The position numbers and the translations under genes were made by a program. 25,099 nt of DNA from Ginkgo biloba (Eukaryota > Plantae > Ginkgophyta): NCBI GenBank assembly GCA_024626585.2, contig JANKJI020000004.1, positions 169,693,839 to 169,718,937 on the forward strand. The letters run 5' to 3'. Within the stretch, counting starts at the first letter, position 1, and each line of letters starts with the position of its first letter. The notes under the pieces are model-generated. The model worked only from the letters and a program-made list of their open reading frames with translations, searched no databases and was not told the origin of the DNA. Positions 12,471 to 22,760 of the stretch are shown in pieces.

Positions 12471-12478
12471 TGACGTGG
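12471..12478 (+). promoter_or_regulatory. TGACGTGG (Hex/G-box/ABRE-type bZIP site)
   Basis: Exact motif ~460 nt upstream of the HSP20-like ATG. It is mutated to TGATGTGG in the distal duplicate. Confidence 0.4.
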
Positions 12479-12879
12479 AAGAAATCCACGATCCATTTTT
12501 TACTTTTGGCTCGAGTCTTCGGAGAAATCTTTGTATTCAATTTGTGAGGGCACCTGTATTTTCACTTTTAAGACAATAACCATGTCTTTCAAGGAAACGT
12601 GAATTGCAAATTAGCAATATTTTCAAAGGCCTTTTTGATAATTTTTTTTGGTTGAAATATGTTCCTATTTAATATCTAAAAAGTAGGTCAATAGTGAATA
12701 TGAAAAACAATAGATACAAAAGGTTTCATAAATGCACTCTAAAATTACATGGAGCTATGGCCATACATGGACCAAAATATTAAAGATGTCAATTCTACAT
12801 GCTATCTATTTACAACCCAACCATTAGCTTTAATCATAACATTAACTTGCATTAGCAAAGCTTTTAGCATTTAGATCTT

Positions 12880-15530
12880 GATGGAGAGGATTCATGTCCG
12901 CATGAATGATTTGTCTGGGGTAGGGACGAGGCAACGCCTTCTATTACCAAGCACTTGTTAGTGCAGTGATCCAATTATAAACCCTTCTACTAAGTATATA
13001 TATAAGACTATTAAGCTAGATGAGGAATACAAGAACATTGTAGCCTTGTTGAGTTGGGTTTTTGGAGAAAAAAACACTACAAAGATGTATCACTCTATGA
13101 TATACCTGGTATATCAAGTTAATAAGATAGGTGGAAGGTTTAATTGGGTTAAAGTTATCATTGACACAGTGACAAAGAAATTGATTGAGCTTCCCAGGAT
13201 AGGTAAATTCTATATGGTGTCCTATGTTATTTATGTCATTTTCTTTTCGAGCGTTATTCCAAGATTTTCTTATAATTGTGTGAATAGAGAAGAAAGGGGA
13301 TTACCGGTACAGTTCCAGTATCCTAAAGTTTAGAAAGACAAATACAAGTCTTATTATTATTTGATAAACTATAAATTTATTTACCAAGTTTCTGTCTTAT
13401 TGCATGGGGAGGAACTCTCCGAAATTGGTAATTTTGTGAAAGAGGCCTTGACGTGTATCAGCAATTGGTACCTGGAAAAAACATTTTCTTATGTTGTGCT
13501 ATATGGTTTTGACGGCTCTCCACATCGTTTGCCAAAATATGCTGATGATCATATTGTGATGTGTGAGATATGTTGGCAGATAGTGGAAATCCACACTAAG
13601 TTCTCCCAGAGATGGAAGACAGCTACTTTTCATTCTTTTCCTATCAGAATTGGAAGCTTTATAGTCACCAACATTAGCCAAGCCAAAGCTCATGCCAAGG
13701 AAATCCTAAGTTATAACTTTGAAGAGGATTGAGTGAGGCAATATGATCCTTATGGAATTTTTGCAAGGCATTATAAGCTTTAGTCTTATCATGTGTCAGA
13801 GCCAAGAGATAAATATCATAATCTGATAGATTACGACTGGGTAGCACATAAACATAGGGGTAGTAAAACACCTCCTAGTAGTCTTGAAGACTCGCAGTCA
13901 CCTAGATCAAGTGAAGAGAGCTAAGAATAGGATGATGCTTGGATACATTCTGATAGTGATAGAAATCATGCCCATGGCATTGAAAGGGGGCAGGCAACTC
14001 AAGCCCCTACTTCTATTGAAAGAAGAGGAGAAGCATTGAAGACTGTTGAGAAAGAGCAAGCCCAAGGAGAAAGTATTATCCAAAGCTGGCATGATACTAC
14101 CAGAGAATGAGGTTATGATGAAGATAATGATCCTAATAAAGATAAGAAGAGGAAGAAACCTCATGAAGAGGAAGCAATTCCCACCAGAAGTAAGAGAATC
14201 CCTCAGAACTGAAGTTTGGTAGGGTTTTGTGACTCATCAGAAAAAATACTCATTCACCTTTATCTAGTATTCTAGTAGAGGCAACTTAGTCAAATGTAGA
14301 AAATAAAATACCCAATATAGAATTTACGAAGGAAGAAGTTCCTCAAAGAGAATAAATTTTGAATCCATCGCTAGTTGAGTTAATGAATTCACAATTAGAG
14401 TCCAGTGAGACATATGCCTTTACTATGCTAGATTTGAGTAAACAACATGCTTCTTTCGCCTTAGTTTCTAAGATAAATAATGTCAAAGTGTGAGATGCAA
14501 AACCAAGAGCCTTGAGGGCTAAGACGAAGGTAATCCCTACTAATGTGATTTTGAAGGAAACTGAGTTTGATATTGAGAAACTGACAACTCAAGAAGCAAT
14601 AAATTTCTATAAAGTCTCATTTGAGGCTTTACAATTGAAAATTGATGAATTGATATTGGAGAGTGCTCAATTGAAGGAGCAGAATACCACCTTAGAATCA
14701 AGGCTATATGAGTATGAGACTGTGTTCTCCCCTCCTCTCCTAGTCTAACCTATTCAAGCTATTGGACCTTTGACTGACACATAGTTGCAAAAGAAAATAC
14801 ACAATGTTGGTATATGCCAACACACTTACATGCAATATATAAAGGATGTGGTAGCGGATATGGTCAAGGAAGGATCACATCTATGGAGATTGGGTACCCA
14901 AGTTGAAGCCCTGATAAATAACACCTCAGCATATCTAGAAGCATATCCTAAGATTATCAAAGAATCATAAGAGTTTATGAAAAATGAGTTTGTTGAGTTC
15001 AATAAATTTGTGGGTCAAGGAAATGAAGAATCGTATCCTGGGGTAATGGACATCAATGACATCAAGGATTCCTTTATTCTCAAGAGTGAATTTAACAGGG
15101 AGGAATGTGAAAAGTTCGTAGCCATGAAAAATAATCTCTTCGAAAAGAAGACCACTTTAAAAGTGGTTTCTTTAGAAAATTCTATTCCATCCCCTTCAAA
15201 ATAAGGTCAATTGACCATGAAGGATGATCATACAAAGGTACTTCAGTTCAAAGAGATTAAGGTAGTACATACACTACAAAATAGGGAGATTTTTTTACCC
15301 AGACCAATTGAACCAGGCTCTGAAAGACAAGTGTAAACATAATCAAGAAATGGAGTTTATCTTAAGAAGAGAAATTAAAGACGAGGCCCTAATGGAAAGG
15401 GATTTTAGAAGTCTTATTTGAAAAATAAATATTTTATACAACAAAATAGAGGGAAGTATAAGATAGATTGCGACGACTGAAGGAATTAGAAGCAAAAAGG
15501 GCAGAGGAAGTTAACGTAAAAACCTGGGTT
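12880..15530 (+). pseudogene. Long decayed accessory ORF of a retrotransposon (globular N-terminus, charged linker, coiled-coil C-terminus)
   Basis: Collinear fragments 13046-13333, 13361-13732, 14512-14748, 14785-14970 and 14977-15204, separated by stops and frameshifts. Motifs RFNW, KFYMVSYVIY, WYLEKTFSYVVLYGFDGSPHRLPKY recall gymnosperm TE hypothetical proteins. It is followed by a dispersed repeat (15958-16121). Boundaries are approximate. Confidence 0.65.
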
Positions 15531-15957
15531 AGTTAATCATCAAAGTTTGCCAGGGGTCTTGATGTTCCTTGGAGAGCTAGAACATGGTTCTATGGATTCA
15601 AGCACATGGAGGGGCTATCCACTAAGGGTTTTCTCTCACTAGCATCTCTTACTTTATTTAGCTAAAGGCTAAGAATGGATAGTTTATATGCACAAGCATG
15701 TTACTATTAAAAAACATGACTTAGTGACACTTTACTTTTTAATTATATGGTTGATATGGTTCAGGTTGAGCATGCAAGTGCATGTTCTCATTTTAGTATA
15801 GGGATAATATTGGAAAAGGCTTAATATATGAAAAGACCTCTTACCCTACATACTCTTCACTCTTGAATCTTAAAGCTATTGGGGCTTATTGTATTCTAAG
15901 GTCTTGTAATTATTCTCTTGCTATAAGGTTGTGGTAGCATGTGTGAAATATTAAGAG

Positions 15958-16121
15958 TTTTGATTATTGTCCAATTCTTGTCATGAAGCATGTGTGAATC
16001 TTTGCTTGGATTCTTGTCCATAATGTGGAAGGAGGATGCATAGATCTTGTAAACTAATTATATTACTTCATAGAGAATATTTGGATGTTGTGTAGGTATT
16101 GGTAGCTTTAGTAGACACATG
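15958..16121 (+). repeat. Dispersed repeat homologous to 2400-2562, truncated by an LTR insertion at ~16123
   Basis: The direct alignment stops just before TGATGTACCC. Confidence 0.85.
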
Positions 16122-16122
16122 A

Positions 16123-17082
16123 TGATGTACCCGCTTGGTGCTTGAGGATTTGATGTCAATTTGCAACAGTAACGATTTGATCAAATCCAAGGGGATAATC
16201 CTTCTTCTCACTCTTTTGTGCTCTTTGTCTCAAAAAATCGAGTCTGTGGTTAGTTGGATCAAATTGTACAAGTCTCAGTAGTCTCTATAATTGGCCGATG
16301 CATGAATTCACACTATTATAGAGCTTCGACACGTAATTTTTCACTTTTGGAGTGCACAATAGTATGTGATTCAGACTATGACACATAAACATGCACTATC
16401 ACGCGACATAACTTGCAACTCATTCAACCTCTAGTTTTTCTCCCGAAAGTAGAAAAAATCGGTGATCTTACTTGAAGCCACCTGCATGAAACTCGAGGCT
16501 GCCTTTGTACGATGCGTGTGAACTATCAAATCAATCTACAAGAGGATCTTAGCAAATATCCTATACATCCAAGTTAAAAGATAATTTATGATCTATCACC
16601 ATCAAAACATATTGAATCCAAGATAAATCACACATGAACATTCACAAGAGCTTTAGACATAAACCACTCTCTCTCCTTCTCTATTTCTCCAAGAAATTAT
16701 AAAGAACATGAATACAAGAATAATGTGTGAGATTTACCTTAGGGTCCTTTTATGAGAGGAGTCCTAATTACATTTAGTAGGTCTCTAGGGTTTGATGCCA
16801 TGTAAGCTCCCTCTTTACCACTAATCACTTTAGTTCTTACTTAGTTAATGCCTAGTTAAGACTTGGACAAATTAAGTAACAATCCTTTACACATCAACTT
16901 AATATTGCAAGTAATAAAGATATGTTATTTAACAAATGCTAAGTAAAATGAGAGAGATAATAATTATAACTAGGAAGAGAAAACCCTTAGGTCCTCTAAT
17001 GATCCCCTTTGGTCATAGCCCCCAATAGACTTGACTCTAGAGAACCATCTACTAGCCCCCTCCTGGTTAGGATGGCTCATCA
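16123..17082 (-). mobile_element. 3' LTR (~960 bp) of a CRM-like element
   Basis: Termini are TGATG...CATCA. A purine tract AAGAACGAAGGAA lies immediately upstream on the - strand. The left end coincides with the break in homology of the host repeat. Confidence 0.7.
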
Positions 17083-18111
17083 ATTCCTTCGTTCTTGGGA
17101 AGAAATGGACCCCATTGCTTAATCCATACCATATGATGTCTTTTTCCACATCCTATCCATATCAAACATAGGAATTCTAATCCTTCCAATAAGGAATGAT
17201 CCCATGCTCATGCTCATGATGGGTACTCTAATCTCTCCAACTAGGAAAGATTATTGATAGGCCTAGTCCACTTCTGTCTTTGATTCTTTTCCCTTCTCCT
17301 CTATTGTCAAAACAAACTTCCTTTGAGCTTGTACTACTTACTTGCCTTTCACTTTAGAAACCAAACTTGTTGCCCTAGGTACTGGAACTGACTTGAAAAT
17401 GAAAGGTTGTCCTTCCTTTTCTATCTCACATCTTCCTAAATGAGGAATGGTACTGGCCTTCCTAGCAATAAAAAATGGTACTCCTAACAAAATAATAGTG
17501 CAATCCATTGGCAATACATCACATGCTACCTCATCAATATAATTCTTAGTGATCATAAATTTGAAAGTATACATATGTGTTATTGGATCACTCTCCTCCC
17601 TGTTTATGCCATTGATCTCATATGGATTAGGGCACTCCTCAAGGTGTAGACCCAAATCCTTGACCATACTAGCTGAAACTAAGTTCCTTTGGCTCCTATT
17701 ATCCAATATAGCTTAAATCACTTTGTTCTTCACCTACAATTGCAATGTAAAAAGTCTTTCTCTATCCATATTCTTTTCCTCTTCATTAACAAGAACTAGT
17801 GTTAGATCTGTCTCATCTAATTTGACTATAAGATCTATTAGTTTCTTTTTCTCTTGCTTTTGTTGATGTAGTGATCTAGGTTCCTTTTCTAGGTGAAGCT
17901 TCCAACATCCTTCTTTATCATGACCTTTCTTACCATAATGTGAACATGTCCTGGAATCATCTTGCTTCTTTCTCCATGTTGAACATGTCTTCTTCTTAGT
18001 CCCTTTCTTCTTTCTCTTTCTTAAAGAACCACTAGAAGAATTGTATGATGATGATGATGAAGTATCTAAAATGAGAGAAACCTTCCTCTTAGGCTTTCCC
18101 TCCTCTTTTGT
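17083..18111 (-). mobile_element. Internal region of a CRM-like Ty3/gypsy element: gag zinc knuckle + aspartic protease, no RT/RH/INT
   Basis: Degenerate CCHC CSHYGKKGHDKEGCWKLH at ~17946-17893. Protease region ERLFTLQL*VKNKVI*AILDNRSQRNLVS...NPYEI...YIDEVACDVLPMDCTIILLGVPF. Confidence 0.88.
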
Positions 18112-19735
18112 NNNNNNNNNNNNNNNNNNNNNNNNNNNNNNNNNNNNNNNNNNNNNNNNNNNNNNNNNNNNNNNNNNNNNNNNNNNNNNNNNNNNNNNNN
18201 NNNNNNNNNNNNNNNNNNNNNNNNNNNNNNNNNNNNNNNNNNNNNNNNNNNNNNNNNNNNNNNNNNNNNNNNNNNNNNNNNNNNNNNNNNNNNNNNNNNN
18301 NNNNNNNNNNNNNNNNNNNNNNNNNNNNNNNNNNNNNNNNNNNNNNNNNNNNNNNNNNNNNNNNNNNNNNNNNNNNNNNNNNNNNNNNNNNNNNNNNNNN
18401 NNNNNNNNNNNNNNNNNNNNNNNNNNNNNNNNNNNNNNNNNNNNNNNNNNNNNNNNNNNNNNNNNNNNNNNNNNNNNNNNNNNNNNNNNNNNNNNNNNNN
18501 NNNNNNNNNNNNNNNNNNNNNNNNNNNNNNNNNNNNNNNNNNNNNNNNNNNNNNNNNNNNNNNNNNNNNNNNNNNNNNNNNNNNNNNNNNNNNNNNNNNN
18601 NNNNNNNNNNNNNNNNNNNNNNNNNNNNNNNNNNNNNNNNNNNNNNNNNNNNNNNNNNNNNNNNNNNNNNNNNNNNNNNNNNNNNNNNNNNNNNNNNNNN
18701 NNNNNNNNNNNNNNNNNNNNNNNNNNNNNNNNNNNNNNNNNNNNNNNNNNNNNNNNNNNNNNNNNNNNNNNNNNNNTAAAAAAAATATTTTAAGTACTCT
18801 TTACCCCTTCCTTAGGTGATAAAAGCCTTATTTGTTTCCTTTTTCCATTTTCTCCTTTATTTCAAGTACTAAAAATGATCATTTCCCTATGTCTTATACT
18901 TTCTTACGTAAAATTATATTATATACTTAAAATTTTCTAATTTCCTAAGCGATGGAATCCTTATCCAACTCTTAGAATTTTGATACCCTTTTCTTATGTT
19001 ATTAATATTCCATTGATTCCTTGTATTATTCCTACATCAATCCTTTTTTATGCAAGTATATTAACCTTCTTTATTGCCACTTTTTATTTGTTATGCTTAT
19101 TTATTACCATTATGGTGTGATTTACTAATGTGCTTATTAATTAAAGGTTTGAAGGAATGGATTTTAAATAGTGAGGAAGCATGTACGAAATCACTGGAAA
19201 AATCATAACTATTCTCTTATGACTTTACTACATAGAATTTAGGGTCTTTTAAAAAGTTTGTCCATTATATGATCAAATATTATCTCTAAAACCCTCTCAG
19301 TATGGAATCTATTATAAAATCACTTAATAGCACATGGTTTCAAAGGACAACACTTAAGGGAGTGCTTATGGATGGTGCATTTCNNNNNNNNNNNNNNNNN
19401 NNNNNNNNNNNNNNNNNNNNNTAAAGATAAAAAATATGTTAAAATATTCTAGACTCGTACTCCTTCACATTCGACCCAATAAAATAACCTACATGTACCT
19501 GTCAAGATGCCAAATCACCTATATAAATTTCTACTAAATATTTTATGAATTCATAAAAGATTTAAAAAATAATATCTATAAAATCTAACTCAAAGATTTA
19601 AAGGAAATATCTCAATAAAATCTCCTCAAATAAANNNNNNNNNNNNNNNNNNNNNNNNNNNNNNNNNNNNNNTAATCAAAGTGTAAAAAATATAAAGATT
19701 ATAATTGTGTGACAGCATAAGGCTTAAGGATCTAT

Positions 19736-20146
19736 TAGGTGTGTATGTGTGTGTGTGTGTGTTTATCAGAGGTGAAGATTTGATGCTTGACTTGATGCAG
19801 TATTTACTTTTTATTCTTTTGATAAATGAATTCCATGTATGGAAGATAAAATATGAATCCTTAGTGTGGAAGAGACTTAACTCGAATCACATAATTGTAT
19901 GATGTGGAATAAATCCATGATCCATTATTTACTTTTGGCCTGATTCGTCAGAGAAATATTTGTATTTCATTTGTGAGGGTACTTGTATTTTTACTTTAAG
20001 ACAATAACCATATTTTTCAAGGAAATATGAATTGCAAATTAGTAAAATTAAAGGCCTTCTTGATACTTTTTATTGGTTGAAATATGTTCCTATTAATATC
20101 TTAAAAGTAGGTCATAATGCTGAATATAAGATATAATAGATACAAA
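19736..20146 (+). repeat. Diverged direct duplicate of the HSP20-like upstream region (12145-12280 + 12432-12720)
   Basis: Collinear similarity from gtgtgtat..tttatcagagg.gaagatt to caatagatacaaa/taatagatacaaa. The (TA)n run is replaced by (TG)8. Confidence 0.93.
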
Positions 20147-20155
20147 TAACGGTTA
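20147..20155. promoter_or_regulatory. TAACGGTTA MYB site (AACCG DUO1-type on -, AACGG MSA-type on +)
   Basis: About 250 nt upstream of the IFT80 ATG. A second TAACGG lies at 20227-20232. Confidence 0.35.
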
Positions 20156-20403
20156 GAAATAAAAAACGTCCCAAGGCACTCGTGGGAACTGTCATATCTA
20201 GTAGCAAAATATTATTTAATTTAACATAACGGCAAGTATGAAAGAACTGACAATTAAAAGGCAAGATTTGATATGCGGTATGTTTAAGGAAAAAAAATAT
20301 CAGATTCGATTGAAAAAATTGCAGAGGCGAGGACGACAATCCAAAGATCATTTAAGGAAAAAGCAAGAGTTATATCATCCTGTCCCGAGAATCTGTAAGC
20401 AAC

Positions 20404-20440
20404 ATGAGGGTTTCGTTGTCAAAAGTGCCACATTGTCCTC
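20404..20440 (+). CDS. IFT80: Intraflagellar transport protein 80, coding exon 1 (MRVSLSKVPHCP-H)
   Basis: The ATG is in AACATGA context. 12 codons + 1 nt are followed by a U12 donor GTATCCTTT. The length matches the IFT80 N-termini as I recall them (human MRLKISLLKEPKH; Chlamydomonas MRLKVKQSSANVH). Confidence 0.8.
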
Positions 20441-20601
20441 GTATCCTTTCTTGTGAAATATTTTTCCATCTCATAGCATTCAAATATTTAAAGAATTTAC
20501 TATTAGGGATCGTCCCTCGTGTCTGGATCATAAACAGATGGAATTTAATGTATGAGTAACAGATTAATTGATATTTATCTTCATTTTCCTTAGTATGGAA
20601 G
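20441..20601 (+). other. U12-type (minor spliceosome) GT-AG intron, 161 nt, phase 1
   Basis: The 5' splice site is GTATCCTTTC. A branch-like TTTTCCTTAGT at 20584-20594 lies ~9-10 nt before the AG at 20600-20601, with no intervening polypyrimidine tract. Splicing restores the conserved His (C|AT). Confidence 0.82.
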
Positions 20602-20711
20602 ATACCGATCTGGTTGTTTGTGTGGGATGGAGCTTATCGGATGAGCTCTATTCCTGCAGCGAAGATCAAACCATTTGGAGATGGAGTAGGAACGGCGAAC
20701 CTCTTAATAAG
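20602..20711 (+). CDS. IFT80: IFT80 coding exon 2 (first WD40 repeat); the rest of the gene is expected beyond the window
   Basis: HTDLVVCVGWSLSDELYSCSEDQTIWRWSRNGEPLNK resembles the recalled human [28 protein letters not shown] and Chlamydomonas HSELTAAVGWNVWNELFTCSDDQTIHKWNMLGEPEQK. It ends at AAG|GCAAGC. Confidence 0.88.
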
Positions 20712-21689
20712 GCAAGCACCACAGCGAAGTGCCACTTCTGTGTTTGTAAATGTAATGATTAATATTTTTTGCTAAAGAATGTAGTGGATTAGAACCTAGT
20801 GCAGAATGTATGTCCGTTGATAAAATTACTCTTAGATTTATAGTTTAGTAATAAAAACATGCAATTTTATCTATTTTTTAGGCATTCATGGATTTTACCA
20901 TAACTTTTGATTCAAAAATCTATTTTTTGTCCCTTTAGGCTTGTTTTGAATCTTTTAGGAAATGCTATAACTCTTATGTTGTGGCCAATAAGATGAAACT
21001 ATACATATTTTTTCTAATTTTAACTACAAGTTATTTTTTTCTTAAAAATTGACAAAAACTATTTGGATTTAAAAATGGGTCACTATTAGAGAAAAGGAAA
21101 CATTTTTCTATGATAAATATCTTGAAAAGTTAGGAGTGGTGCCTCTTAATCACACATTATGGCCTCTAATTATGAATGTGATTATAGTTGATCAAAATAA
21201 CTCTTTTAGGATTGAACTCCTAAAATTTCATTTGCACTAATAAAGAATGTGACATGGTATAAGCGACAAAAAATAGTTAGGGTAAGATATAAATCATATA
21301 ATAGAAACCAAATGTTTCTTAAATATAAAGGAAATTTGATAAATAAAATAAATTAGGAATGCATATTATAAAAATAATCATTGGGAATATCACATACATA
21401 CATGGAAAAAATGACCTTATCTAGGTTGTTATCAATTATTGTTAGGGCCCAAATACCTAGAGAAATGATATTTATCTTATAAANNNNNNNNNNNNNNNNN
21501 NNNNNNNNNNNNNNNNNNNNNNNNNNNNNNNNNNNNNNNNNNNNNNNNNNNNNNNNNNNNNNNNNNNNNNNNNNNNNNNNNNNTCTTAACAATGTTCCAA
21601 GTCAAATGAAAACCAACATGCAGACCATATACATCTCCTAATAAGCATATAGTCCACTCAACTCATTGAAATAAATACAAAAACTAAAA

Positions 21690-22760
21690 CCTTCTAGTTG
21701 AGACCGTAATAGGTAAATTCGTAGTCAATTCCAGAATAGGTGCAGTAAAGATGACTCCTCTTGGTGGAAAGGGAATCTAGAATGAATACTAAGTTATTTA
21801 ATCCATGATATAATAGGAAGGCCATTAGGAATAACTAGCCAATAAAAAAGTTTTTTCTTTGCTTCAATTTGAATTGACCAAATCAATTTATACCAAGAAA
21901 TCCATCCCTACAATAGATCAACTATCTCCAAATGTGGTTATACCTTTCTACTAGGTCAACATATGGTTTAAGAGATATAGTAATATATTTTACCTTATAT
22001 CTAAATAATGGATTATTAAATACCCAATACTAGTTAGTACATAAAATAATATTAAATACGAAACACACCTTGATCCTGATATATTGAATAATTGGAAAAA
22101 CTAAGTTATGAAAGAGATCAGTATGGGAATTGGTATCCTCTATGATATTTTAAAATTAGTCCATGTCTACCAATTTCCTATGATAGTATTCCATAGGTCA
22201 TTTATTATCCTAGTCCCCACTCATAACCATTATTTTTCGTAGGTTAGAAAGGCAACTCTAAAGGGAAAATTAGTAAACTTGAACCCCATTCTACTCCACT
22301 ACAAAGATAGCCTAGGAATCATTGGTCCTTTTTTGTGGTCCTACTCTTGCCACTTAAGAAAATATTTTACTTTCTCCCAAGTACACCAAATAGCCTTAAA
22401 TACGATTCATCCCTTCATTTTAAATCTTACCATGGTTATAATAATATGGCTCAAGTCTAAATAATACCATGCGAAAAGACCAAAAGAAAACCCTTGAGAA
22501 ATTCTAAACTCGATCAACAATTTCCATGAACTATCTCTTTAACCATTACATAAACCATCCATTTTCATGTTAAGGTAACACCATCAAATTTAATATCAAT
22601 GATTATTGAGTCACCATCTTCCTAACCTATATAATACATAGCCCACTTAACTCCAGAGAGGGATCTCATCTAAGAGGAACCATTCCATATAAAATTCCTA
22701 AATAGTATAATTATTTCCTTATATACCATGTTTGAAGGAAGCCAATAAAAGAAAAGAAAG
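21690..22760 (-). mobile_element. 5'-truncated degenerate L1-type LINE ORF2 C-terminus (incl. zf-RVT)
   Basis: Minus translation gives SFYWLPSN..FRNFIWNGSS..VKW..EDG..LT*KW, IVFKAIWCTWEKV, and WYKLIWSIQIEAKKKLFYWLVIPNGLP...EESSLLHLFWN. Confidence 0.8.

Noticed and set aside
18041-18793. 250-aa and 223-aa ORFs
   Set aside because: Artefacts of the N gap.
20568-20762. 64-aa ORF or ATG 20595 (MEDTDLVV) as the IFT80 start
   Set aside because: It lacks the conserved N-terminal MR..H segment; the spliced U12 model fits better.
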